Shown one piece after another: positions 25,233-34,432 of a DNA stretch of 64,000 nt. Every line of letters begins with the position of its first letter. Within the stretch, counting starts at the first letter, position 1. The notes below the pieces were generated by a model. That model searched no databases, had not been told where the DNA came from, and saw only the letters and a program-made list of their open reading frames with translations. Made by a program: the position numbers and the translations under genes. Origin of the DNA: an uncultured Acidimicrobiales bacterium (GTDB lineage: Bacteria > Actinomycetota > Acidimicrobiia > Acidimicrobiales > SHLQ01); contig CAZSYL010000002.1 of NCBI GenBank assembly GCA_964610745.1, positions 43,112 to 107,111 on the forward strand, in the 5' to 3' direction.

Positions 25233-27965
25233 TTAGGCGTCGGTATCTGAGGGCGCCTCGTCGGCAGTCTTCTTGGCCGCCGACTTTTTCTTCGCCGCCG
25301 CCTTTTTCTTGGCTGGAGCCTTCTTCTTGGCCGCCGACTTCTTTTTCGCTGCTGCCTTCTTCTTCTTTTTCTTCTTCTTCTTCGCAGGACCTGCAGCGCG
25401 TCGGATTGCAAGCAGCTCGGCTGCACGCTCGTCGGTGATCTCTTCGACCGTGTCACCTTTGCGCAGCGATGCGTTGGTTTCTCCGTCGGTGACGTACGGT
25501 CCGAAACGACCGTCCTTGATGATCATCTGCTTGCCAGTGTCAGGATCTTCGCCCAATTCGCGGAGAGGAGGCTTGACGACCTGCCCACGACGGGTCTTTG
25601 GCTGAGACAGGATCTTCAGGCACTCTTCGAGGGTGATATCGAATAGCTGCTGTTCGGACTCGAGAGATCGTGAGTCCTTCTCCTTTTTCAGATACGGGCC
25701 ATAACGTCCGTTCTGAACCGTGATCTCCACCTGGTCCGCCGGATCGACTCCGACGACACGAGGTAGCGACAGAAGTTTGAGCGCTTCGTCGAGCGTGATC
25801 GTCTCCGGCGTCATGTTCGAAAAAAGAGAACCGCGCTTTGGCTTCTCTTCGCCATCGACCATTTCACCGAGCTGCACGTACGCTCCGAAGCGTCCGTTCA
25901 GGACATAGACGGGCAAACCGGTCTCGGGGTCGTCGCCGAGCGATACCGGGCCCTTGGCGGACTCTTCGATGTAGTGCACGGCCTTGTCGACTGTGAGCTC
26001 GTCTGGGGGGATGTCGTCGGGAATCGATGCCGTGTTGCCCGTGCCACCTTCGCCGCGCTGAACATATGGGCCAAACTTGCCAACCCTGGCAACGACCATC
26101 TCGCCATCTTCGCTCACGCCCAGCGGGATCGAATTGACCGCACGCGCATCGATTTCACCGAGCCGTTCATCGACTTTGTGCTTCAGACCTTCGGTGTCGT
26201 CATCGCCAAAGTAGAAGCTGCTCAGCCACGGAATAGCCTCGCCGGTTCCACCAGCGATCGAATCGAGGTCCTGCTCCATGCGACGGGTGTAGGTGTAGTC
26301 GACCAGATCGGGGAAGTGCTGTTCGAGCAGTCCAACAACAGAGAACGCCTTGAACGATGGGATCAGCGCCGAGCCCTTCTTCCAGACGTATTCACGATCC
26401 TGGATCGTGCCCATGATCGAGGCGTAGGTCGATGGGCGACCAATCTCGAGCTCGGCGAGCTTCTTGACCAAGGAGGCCTCGGTGTAACGCGCCGGGGGTT
26501 GGGTTTCGTGACCATCGGCTGTCAGCGATTCGGAGGACACCGCGTCGCCAACAGCGAGTGGTGGCAACTGCTTGCTCTCGGACTCGTCCTTCTCGCCGTC
26601 GGTGTCCTCGATGTAGACGCGGCGGAATCCCTGATGGTTGATGATCGTGCCGCTCGCAGAGAATGCGACGTCGCCACCGGTGCTCGTGGTAGCCCCAACA
26701 CGAACCGAAACGGTCTCGCCGGTCGCATCGGTCATCTGGGAGGCAACGGTTCGCTTCCAGATGAGTTCGTAGACACGAGCTTCAGACTTGGGTACCTGCT
26801 TGGCCACCTCAGCTGGAGATACGAAGGTCTCGCCGGCTGGGCGGATTGCCTCGTGGGCTTCCTGAGCGTTCTTCGACTTGGTCGTATACGTCCGCGGTTC
26901 GTCGGGGAGGAAGTTCTCGCCGTACTCGGACTTGACGATGCTGCGAGCTGCCTCGACTGCTGTCTCCGACAGCGTCGTCGAGTCGGTTCGCATGTAGGTG
27001 ATGAGTCCCTTTTCGTACAAGGACTGAGCGCCTCGCATCGCCATGGACGAGCTCATGTTGAGCTTTCGTCCAGCTTCCTGTTGGAAGGTGGAGGTCATGA
27101 ACGGGGGTGACGGGCGCCGACGATACGGCTTTGGCTCAACCGAGCGAACTTCGAACTTCGACGACTTCAGCGAGTCGACCAGCGCGGTCGCCCCAGCTTC
27201 GTCGAGGACGACAGCGTCGGCTTTGCTGAGCGCACCGGTCTCGTCAAAATCACGCCCAGAAGCGACACGCTTGCCATCGAGTTCGAGCAGTTTGGCCGCG
27301 AACGTTGAAGGGGAACCCTCCGTTGCGCCTGCCTTCGCGAAAGACGCTTCAAGATCCCAGTAACTGGCACGAATGAACGCCATGCGCTCTCGTTCACGCT
27401 CGACAACGATTCGGGTTGCAACACTCTGTACTCGGCCGGCACTCAGGCGAGGCATGACCTTTTTCCACAGCACGGGCGAAACCTCGTAGCCGTACAAGCG
27501 GTCGAGCATGCGCCGAGCCTCCTGGGCATCGACCAGGTGACGGTCGAGCTCGCGTGGAGTCTCCAGCGCACTGAGGATTGCCTTCTTGGTGATCTCGTGG
27601 AACACCATGCGTTTGACGGGAACCTGCGGGTTCAGGACCTCGAGCAGGTGCCAGGCAATCGCTTCTCCCTCGCGATCCTCATCGGTTGCGAGATAGAGCT
27701 CGTCGCTTTCTTTCAACAACGACTTCAGCTTCTTGATCTGATCCTTCTTGTCGGGCGAGACCACATAGAGCGGCTTGAAGTCGTTTTCGACATCGATACC
27801 CATCCGAGACCACTTCTCGGACTTATAGGCAGCAGGGACGTCGGCTGCGTTGCGGGGAAGATCACGGATGTGCCCAATGGAGGATTCGACGAGAAAGTCG
27901 TCCCCCAGATATTCAGCAATCTTTTTGGCTTTGGCAGGGCTCTCGACGATGACGAGTGCGGGCAT
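25233..27965 (-). CDS. topA: DNA topoisomerase I with a Lys/Ala-rich C-terminal tail
   Basis: 910 aa. It has a TOPRIM N-terminus (ALVIVESPAKAKKIAEYLG), the active-site region GLITYMRTDS and the tail KKKKKKKKKAAAKKKSAAKKKAPAKKKAAAKKK. Confidence 0.97.
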   Translation of the reverse strand: MPALVIVESPAKAKKIAEYLGDDFLVESSIGHIRDLPRNAADVPAAYKSEKWSRMGIDVENDFKPLYVVSPDKKDQIKKLKSLLKESDELYLATDEDREGEAIAWHLLEVLNPQVPVKRMVFHEITKKAILSALETPRELDRHLVDAQEARRMLDRLYGYEVSPVLWKKVMPRLSAGRVQSVATRIVVERERERMAFIRASYWDLEASFAKAGATEGSPSTFAAKLLELDGKRVASGRDFDETGALSKADAVVLDEAGATALVDSLKSSKFEVRSVEPKPYRRRPSPPFMTSTFQQEAGRKLNMSSSMAMRGAQSLYEKGLITYMRTDSTTLSETAVEAARSIVKSEYGENFLPDEPRTYTTKSKNAQEAHEAIRPAGETFVSPAEVAKQVPKSEARVYELIWKRTVASQMTDATGETVSVRVGATTSTGGDVAFSASGTIINHQGFRRVYIEDTDGEKDESESKQLPPLAVGDAVSSESLTADGHETQPPARYTEASLVKKLAELEIGRPSTYASIMGTIQDREYVWKKGSALIPSFKAFSVVGLLEQHFPDLVDYTYTRRMEQDLDSIAGGTGEAIPWLSSFYFGDDDTEGLKHKVDERLGEIDARAVNSIPLGVSEDGEMVVARVGKFGPYVQRGEGGTGNTASIPDDIPPDELTVDKAVHYIEESAKGPVSLGDDPETGLPVYVLNGRFGAYVQLGEMVDGEEKPKRGSLFSNMTPETITLDEALKLLSLPRVVGVDPADQVEITVQNGRYGPYLKKEKDSRSLESEQQLFDITLEECLKILSQPKTRRGQVVKPPLRELGEDPDTGKQMIIKDGRFGPYVTDGETNASLRKGDTVEEITDERAAELLAIRRAAGPAKKKKKKKKKAAAKKKSAAKKKAPAKKKAAAKKKSAAKKTADEAPSDTDA

Positions 27966-29357
27966 TTAAGAAACCTCGAGGGGAACTTGGGCAGGTGTCT
28001 CCAGGTCGGGTTCGACCTCGTCGGCTGAGCCCTTTGTGGAACGAGCAAGCAACCAGAGACCGACGGTCGACGCGATGAACGACGCCGCAAGAATACCCAG
28101 TCGAGCCTGCGTGTCCAGCGCTTCTTGTCCGTCCTGGTCAAATGCGAGGCCCGTAATGAAGAGCGAAACGGTGAATCCAATGCCCGCGAGCATGCCAACC
28201 GCGACAACCTGATCCCACTTGACGCCACGTGGCAGAACACAGGTCTTGGTCTTGACTGCAATCCAGGTGAACAGCGTGACGCCAACGGTCTTTCCAACGA
28301 CCAGTCCGAGGATCACGCCGAGCGTGACCGTCGACGTTGTCGCTTCTCCAATGGTGTCGCCGCTCAGCGAGATTCCGGCGTTTGCGAGCGCAAACAGCGG
28401 CAGGATGATGAAGCTGGAGAACGGGTGAAGCAATGTCTCCAGGCGTTCGGCTACCGACACGCTCTCTCGTACGTAGAGCGACGCTCGACGGGCCTTGGGG
28501 GCATCGAGGTCGCCGGGGTCGACCACCGAACCGACGATCTCCTCGGGCCTGACCTCTCGTTGAAGCGGTGTCGCCGGGGTCAGCAAGCCAAGGGCCACAC
28601 CAGCGATCGTTGCATGGACACCCGACTCGAGCACGGCATACCAAACGACGACGCCAATGATGGCGTACAGCGGCGTGTACCAGATCTTTGCCCGTTGCAT
28701 CGCAAAGATCAGGACCAACAAGATGATGGCAGTGGCGAGCCACGGCACATTGATCGATTCCGTATAGAAGATGGCGATAACGGCGATCGCGCCGAGGTCA
28801 TCGACGATTGCCAGCGCCAACAAGAACAACTTGAGCTGCGAAGGCACTCGGCTTCCGAGCAACGACATGATGCCGAGCGCAAAAGCGATATCGGTCGCGA
28901 CCGGGATGCCAGCGCCACGAATCTCCGGCGAACCCGTGTTGATGGCGAAGTAGAGCAGCGCCGGCAAGACCATGCCGCCAATTGCCGCAATGGTCGGGAG
29001 CGCTGCCGCCCGCGGATCTCGGAGCTCACCGGCGACGAGCTCGCGCTTGATCTCGAGGCCGACGATGAAGAAGAAGATTGCGATCAGACCGTCGTTGATG
29101 AGGTGCTCAACGGACTCATCGAGAATATGCAGTGACCCGAAGTTGATCTCGAGATGCAGATCGAGAACATCGTGATAGGTGTCTGATAGCGGCGAGTTCG
29201 CAAGAACTAACGCGAGGATCGTCGCCAACACGAGGACGATGCCTCCAGCGGCCTCGATCCTGGTGAACTCCAGGACCGGGCGGCCGAGTTTGCTCGCGAG
29301 CGTACGATCGCTGCCTATCCATGTGAGCTTTGATGGAGGAAGATTGTGTCCGGCCAT
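27966..29357 (-). CDS. nhaA: Na+/H+ antiporter NhaA
   Basis: 463 aa. FTRIEAAGGIVLVLATILALVLANSP, INDGLIAIFFFIVGLEIKRE and ALAIVDDLGAIAVIAIFY are the NhaA hallmarks. Its stop TAA directly abuts the topA ATG. Confidence 0.93.
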   Translation of the reverse strand: MAGHNLPPSKLTWIGSDRTLASKLGRPVLEFTRIEAAGGIVLVLATILALVLANSPLSDTYHDVLDLHLEINFGSLHILDESVEHLINDGLIAIFFFIVGLEIKRELVAGELRDPRAAALPTIAAIGGMVLPALLYFAINTGSPEIRGAGIPVATDIAFALGIMSLLGSRVPSQLKLFLLALAIVDDLGAIAVIAIFYTESINVPWLATAIILLVLIFAMQRAKIWYTPLYAIIGVVVWYAVLESGVHATIAGVALGLLTPATPLQREVRPEEIVGSVVDPGDLDAPKARRASLYVRESVSVAERLETLLHPFSSFIILPLFALANAGISLSGDTIGEATTSTVTLGVILGLVVGKTVGVTLFTWIAVKTKTCVLPRGVKWDQVVAVGMLAGIGFTVSLFITGLAFDQDGQEALDTQARLGILAASFIASTVGLWLLARSTKGSADEVEPDLETPAQVPLEVS

Positions 29358-29451
29358 GGTCTTTCGGGGTTGGAGGAAGTGCGGTTATGTGCAAGTCCAA
29401 ACCGACATTCTGGCCCAGCATTGCGGAGTTCAAACGATATTTAACGCTATT

Positions 29452-29892
29452 TCACACCTTTGGGGATGTTGAGGTGTCGATGACGAGCCGCACTAAGGTC
29501 CCGTCATCACCAGTCTCGATATCTGTCTTGTCAACCAATCGACGCATCAACGGTAGCCCTAAGCCGTTCTCAAAGAACATCCGCTCCGGCGACTCGGCGT
29601 CCGGAACAACCGGGACGTTGTCTGGATCGAACCCCGGGCCACGATCGCGCACCGTGACCTCGACCTGGTGTCCGTCGGTATAGCAACGAACTTCGACGTG
29701 GCTGTCAGTACCAGCAGCTTTGTGCGATTCGACAGCGTTGGTGACCGCCTCGGACACCGCCACCCGGAGGTCTTCGACGCGGTCGCTTCGCGAATCGGGA
29801 TCGATAGCAGCTGCTGCCGCGAGCACGACGCGCACGAGTGCGATGTAGTCCGCCTTTGCGGGAACCCGCAGGATGACTTCATCGCCGTTCAT
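29452..29892 (-). CDS. Anti-sigma factor / Ser kinase, RsbW/SpoIIAB-like (HATPase_c)
   Basis: 146 aa, containing LRVAVSEAVTNAVESH (N-box) and VTVRDRGPGFDP (G1 box). It overlaps the upstream STAS gene by 4 nt. Confidence 0.85.
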   Translation of the reverse strand: MNGDEVILRVPAKADYIALVRVVLAAAAAIDPDSRSDRVEDLRVAVSEAVTNAVESHKAAGTDSHVEVRCYTDGHQVEVTVRDRGPGFDPDNVPVVPDAESPERMFFENGLGLPLMRRLVDKTDIETGDDGTLVRLVIDTSTSPKV

Positions 29893-30260
29893 TTCGCGAT
29901 AACTCCGGCGGCCCGACTCAAGGTCATCTCACCGGCGAGTTCCATATCTTCGGCAACCGGGAGAACCGCATCGAGGTTCGACACTTCAATGATGCGCGAC
30001 ACGGGAGCCTGAAGGTTCACCAGTACCGCTGCACCTCCGATCTCGCGACACCTGCGTTGAAGCCCGACGAGAATGCCGAGCCCAGCCGAGTCGACGAAGG
30101 AAACGCCGGAGAGATCGACGATTACGGTGCTCCATCCATCGCTGATCACTTCGTGAAATGCAGACCGGGCGCGTGCGACCGCACCGAGATCAAGATCGCC
30201 GGACAAACCCACGATCATGTTCTTCTCAAGCGCGTCGGGGCGCCGCGAAATCTGCACCAT
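29889..30260 (-). CDS. Anti-sigma factor antagonist (STAS domain, RsbV/SpoIIAA-like)
   Basis: 123 aa. VIVDLSGVSFVDSAGLGILVG contains the conserved phosphorylatable Ser context. Confidence 0.85.
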   Translation of the reverse strand: MVQISRRPDALEKNMIVGLSGDLDLGAVARARSAFHEVISDGWSTVIVDLSGVSFVDSAGLGILVGLQRRCREIGGAAVLVNLQAPVSRIIEVSNLDAVLPVAEDMELAGEMTLSRAAGVIAK

Positions 30261-30366
30261 GGGATCCTAACGGCGGAAACGCCGGACTTTTTAGAGCCCG
30301 CTCCCCATCCCGGTCATTCGGCTCGCGTACGTCCGACTATCCGGTGAGCCGGAGTGTCACAACAAA

Positions 30367-32706
30367 GTGCGATACTTGGTGATGGCCATCCTGGAGGTAC
30401 CCGCTCACGAGCACCCTCGGTCGATCGCCACCCGGTCCCGGTTTGCCGATCTGATCGACCAACTCGCCGAAGACGGTCGCCTGGCTCACGTCGAACACCA
30501 GCCCAGCCGCCCTGCCCGATACGCCACCGCCATTGCGCCCATCAGCGCCGGGGTTGCTGACGCGCTGGGCGACGAGCGACTCTTCACCCACCAGGCAGAA
30601 GCGATCGATCTCATACGAGCCAACCATTCGGTCGTGATCGCTACCGGCACCGCCTCTGGCAAGTCGCGGTGCTATCAAATCCCGATCGCCGAGGCAGCCT
30701 CACGACCCGGCGACATGGGTACAGCATTGATGCTCTTCCCCACCAAAGCGTTGGCCCAGGATCAGCTTCGCGCGCTCCATGGATTGAAGTTCCCTCAGGT
30801 CGTTGCCGGCACATACGACGGCGACTCCAGTCCCGAACAGAGGTCTTGGGTCCGATCAACCGCCAACGTTGTTCTCACGAATCCAGAGATGGTGCATGCC
30901 GCGATTCTCCCTGGACACGCCAGGTGGTCCACTTTTCTCTCACGGCTCGACCACGTGGTGATCGACGAACTTCATGTGCTTCGCGGCGTCTTTGGGACTC
31001 ACGTGTCCCACGTCCTGCGACGCCTCCGCCGCTTGTGCCACCACTACGGGTCCGACCCAACGTTTATCTTCACATCCGCGACCATTGGTGCGCCCGGCGA
31101 GTTGGCCACCGAGCTCTGCGGAGTCCCGGTCACCGAGGTAACGAACGACGGCTCACCTCGGGGCGAGCGCACGATCGTCATGCTCAACCCCCCGATCGTC
31201 GATGAAGTGCAGGGCATCCGCACGTCGGCAAACGCCGAAGCAGCGAGTGTCGCCGCCGAACTGATCAAGCGTGACCACCGAACGATCGTGTTCTGTCGGA
31301 GTCGCCGTGGCGCCGAGCTCGTCACGGGCGACATCTCCCGCCGCCTACCTACGGATCAACGCGATTCAGTGCGGGCGTACCGCGCTGGTTACCTCGCGAA
31401 CGAACGCCGTACGATCGAACACGAACTCTTCGATGGAACGCTTAACGGTGTCGTCGCGACCTCTGCACTTGAGTTGGGCATTGATGTCGGAGGACTTGAG
31501 GCTTGCGTTCTTAACGGCTTTCCCGGAACGGTTGCCTCGATGTGGCAACAGATGGGTCGCGCTGGACGCGGTCACGAGTCGAGTACAGCAGTGCTGGTCG
31601 CTGGTGATGACCAACTCGATCAGTGGATCATGGCGCACCCAAACGAGCTGCTTACCCGCGAGCCCGAACGTGCGGTCATCAATCCGACCAACCCGTTCAT
31701 CCTGGGGCCGCATCTAAAGTGCGCCGCGTTCGAGAAGCCACTCGCCCACGACGACGATGCCTATTGGGGCGACTCGCTCGACGATGGTGTTCGCGACCTC
31801 GTCGTAGATGACTCTCTACTCCTCAAGCCGTCCGGCACGGGTTCGCCTCTGGCGGTCTATGCCGAACGCGGACGACCATCACGTGGCATCGGGCTTCGGT
31901 CAGGTAGCGCCGACGAACTCCAGATTGTTCGCAAAGACGGTTCGATCGTCGGCACGGTCGACGCAGCCCGTGCCTGTTCGGTCACCCACCCTGGCGCAAT
32001 CTATTTACATCAGGGCAAGCCCTACCGCGTCACCGACCTCGACCTCGAAGATCGCGTGGCAACCGTCGAGAGTTCCGATGGTGACGAGTACACCCAACCT
32101 CGTTCCACCATCGACATCTCCGTCGTGAAGGCCGATGATCACGGCCCTGTCGGCATCCCTTCAGGAAATGACCGGGTTGAGGTCTTCGCTGGTTCGGTTC
32201 AAGTGACAAGCCAGGTCACTGGATATCAACGACGCGAGGTTCGCAGCCGCCGCATCCTCAGCAATGAGAAGCTCGATCTCCCGCCTTCGACACTGCACAC
32301 CCGAGCCTTTTGGTATGTGGTTCCCGTTGGGATTATCGAGGCTGCGGGCATCGCGGCCTCAGCAGTTCCGGGCGCATTGCATGCAGCCGAGCATGCGGGC
32401 ATCGGCATGTTGCCGCTCTTCGCAATCTGCGACCGTTGGGACGTCGGTGGAGTCTCCACACCGTGGCACAGCGGCGCAGGCGGTCCCAGCATCTTTATCT
32501 ACGACGCTCACCCCGGCGGCTCAGGAGTGGCCGAACTCGGTTTCAAAGAGCGGGACCGTCACCTAGCCGCGACACTCGGCTCGATTCGAAGTTGCCAGTG
32601 TTCCAACGGTTGCCCGTCGTGTGTCCAGTCACCCAAGTGCGGCAACGGCAACGAGCCTCTCGACAAGGCAGCCGCAGTTGCTCTGCTCGAAACAATCCTC
32701 GGTTAA
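30367..32706 (+). CDS. Superfamily II DEAD/DEAH-box helicase with a C-terminal DUF1998 zinc module (SftH / Rv3649 / MrfA-YprA-like)
   Basis: 779 aa. It has Walker A ATGTASGKS, motif II VVIDELH, helicase C motifs, and the C-terminal CQCSNGCPSCVQSPKCGNGNEPLDK. The start is GTG at 30367 or ATG at 30382. Confidence 0.9.
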   Translation: MRYLVMAILEVPAHEHPRSIATRSRFADLIDQLAEDGRLAHVEHQPSRPARYATAIAPISAGVADALGDERLFTHQAEAIDLIRANHSVVIATGTASGKSRCYQIPIAEAASRPGDMGTALMLFPTKALAQDQLRALHGLKFPQVVAGTYDGDSSPEQRSWVRSTANVVLTNPEMVHAAILPGHARWSTFLSRLDHVVIDELHVLRGVFGTHVSHVLRRLRRLCHHYGSDPTFIFTSATIGAPGELATELCGVPVTEVTNDGSPRGERTIVMLNPPIVDEVQGIRTSANAEAASVAAELIKRDHRTIVFCRSRRGAELVTGDISRRLPTDQRDSVRAYRAGYLANERRTIEHELFDGTLNGVVATSALELGIDVGGLEACVLNGFPGTVASMWQQMGRAGRGHESSTAVLVAGDDQLDQWIMAHPNELLTREPERAVINPTNPFILGPHLKCAAFEKPLAHDDDAYWGDSLDDGVRDLVVDDSLLLKPSGTGSPLAVYAERGRPSRGIGLRSGSADELQIVRKDGSIVGTVDAARACSVTHPGAIYLHQGKPYRVTDLDLEDRVATVESSDGDEYTQPRSTIDISVVKADDHGPVGIPSGNDRVEVFAGSVQVTSQVTGYQRREVRSRRILSNEKLDLPPSTLHTRAFWYVVPVGIIEAAGIAASAVPGALHAAEHAGIGMLPLFAICDRWDVGGVSTPWHSGAGGPSIFIYDAHPGGSGVAELGFKERDRHLAATLGSIRSCQCSNGCPSCVQSPKCGNGNEPLDKAAAVALLETILG

Positions 32707-32719
32707 CCGAGCGGACAGG

Positions 32720-34183
32720 TCAGCCGCAGGCGGCGTCGACGTCGCCAACGAACTCGACCAGAAGGTCATAACCTGCCTCGGTCGTCTCCGAGAGACTGAC
32801 ACGATTGCCAGGGAAGAACGCTCGGCACCCGGGTGCCTCGTCACCGGTTGCAAGGATGGCGCCTTCGGGGATGATGCCAGCGACTGCCCTGGTCGAAGAT
32901 GAAGAGGCGCGAGCCCAGACGTCGAGGTCTGGAATCTGTTCGTTCGTTGGCAGGAAGACGACGCGGGCTGGCAAGGCTGTCGAGATGCCAACCGTCCGCG
33001 GCTCTTTCGTCGGCGGGTCGTAGATGACCGACCCAATTCGATCAACCTTGGGCAAGGTGTCGATGATTCCACCCGCTTGAACAAAGCTGCCCTTCAGCCC
33101 AATGACAGTGGCGTCCGTGCTGAAGATGTTCCAGTCAAAGCCATCGCCTTCGACATCGCCGAGCAGGAGAACAAGATCGTCGCTCGTGGTGATGTTGCTA
33201 TCGAATAGACCGTCCTCAAACCACGAGATCGTGTAGCCGGCATCGAGTAACTCCCGTTCGAGGCGAGCGGTCGCGGGGGTGTTTCCAGCGTCGGACTCCG
33301 CCGAGACCACCACGATGACATTGTCTGCTGGAGTCCCGGTGAGAAGGGTCGTGCTTCGGCTCGGCTCGCTTACATTGCCCGACGTGTCGACCGCTCGAAT
33401 GGTGTAGGTCGCAACAGTGCCCGCTGCGACATCATCTTGGAGGGTGTTGACGTTGCCGAGTACCTCGATGTCGACGGCCACCCCATCGATTTCTCGGGTG
33501 ACGAGGTAACCTGCGATACCGCTGACATCCTCGCTGAGCATCCAGGTGAGGGTCAGACCAACTTCGGTCTCGACGATCTCGGGACGGCCCGGTCGTCGCG
33601 GCGCATTTGTGTCAACCCCAACCTGGGCGGTTACAAGTTCGCTGGGTGCGCTTGCTTGGGAGCCGCGGAGCGCAACGACCCGATAGCTAAAGACGTCGCC
33701 GTCGTTGAGTCCAGTGTCCACAAACGTGGTACCGGAGACCTCGAAGCGATCTGAACCGCCACCGGCACCTGACCGCAAGACCTCGTAGCGCGAAACCCCG
33801 TCTTCGCGCGATGGATCCCAGGCAATCTCGATCGTTCCTTCGTTTGTATTGACAACGGTCAAGCCAACGGGCGGACTCGGCTCGTCCACGAACTCGGGAA
33901 GGTCCCCAATCTCGTCGCCCCCGTCCAGTTGGTCGAGTTCGCCGTCAGCGTCGTCCCCGGTGGCGTCGTCGACCTCGGTGTCCTCGTCATTCTCGTCATC
34001 ATCGCCAGTATCGGCGGGCGGGACGGTCGTAACGTCGCTCTCGGCCGGGCGAAGGGTTTCGACCGTCTGCTCGTTTGCCGAGACCCCAATACTTCCGTCT
34101 GCTTCGCTTGAACAAGCGGCCAGAATCATGCCGAGCGCGCAGAACCATAGGACCATGTGCCGCCTGAGGAACGAGCTGATCAC
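32720..34183 (-). CDS. Secreted lipoprotein with two fibronectin type III-like repeats and an unknown C-terminal domain
   Basis: 487 aa with the lipobox GMILAACSS and an acidic linker. The FN3-like repeats are PVGLTVVNTNEGTIEIAWDPS...YEV and PGRPEIVETEVGLTLTWMLS...YLV. The C-terminal ~230 aa are unassigned. Confidence 0.7.
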   Translation of the reverse strand: MISSFLRRHMVLWFCALGMILAACSSEADGSIGVSANEQTVETLRPAESDVTTVPPADTGDDDENDEDTEVDDATGDDADGELDQLDGGDEIGDLPEFVDEPSPPVGLTVVNTNEGTIEIAWDPSREDGVSRYEVLRSGAGGGSDRFEVSGTTFVDTGLNDGDVFSYRVVALRGSQASAPSELVTAQVGVDTNAPRRPGRPEIVETEVGLTLTWMLSEDVSGIAGYLVTREIDGVAVDIEVLGNVNTLQDDVAAGTVATYTIRAVDTSGNVSEPSRSTTLLTGTPADNVIVVVSAESDAGNTPATARLERELLDAGYTISWFEDGLFDSNITTSDDLVLLLGDVEGDGFDWNIFSTDATVIGLKGSFVQAGGIIDTLPKVDRIGSVIYDPPTKEPRTVGISTALPARVVFLPTNEQIPDLDVWARASSSSTRAVAGIIPEGAILATGDEAPGCRAFFPGNRVSLSETTEAGYDLLVEFVGDVDAACG

Positions 34184-34195
34184 TGCTTTAGTTTG

Positions 34196-34209
34196 ACGCG
34201 AATTCGCGT
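34196..34209. promoter_or_regulatory. Perfect 14-bp palindrome ACGCGAATTCGCGT in a divergent promoter region
   Basis: Seen directly. It lies 13 nt upstream of the lipoprotein start codon (34183) and about 220 nt upstream of the GT4 gene. An operator role is speculative. Confidence 0.3.
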
Positions 34210-34432
34210 GGTGGAGACGTCATGCACAAAACAAGTATCCGTCCTGATCAAAGTCACGGGCTAGGGCCGAATGACCCCGGAGGCACACTTCTCGACACTT
34301 GCGGCTAGGCGTTCAGAGCTGGGTAAGAATCCCCAGATTGTTTTGGAGGGTCCAGAGACCTCTACTAATTTGCGGTGCGCGGGAAACGAAGCCAATTAAT
34401 TGAGGGGACGCCCTCGCCCAGCGAGGGGTTCT

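Noticed and set aside
25974-29135. 378-aa (25974-27110, +) and 336-aa (28125-29135, +) ORFs
   Set aside because: They are antisense to topA and nhaA respectively. Both real genes are recognised with high confidence.
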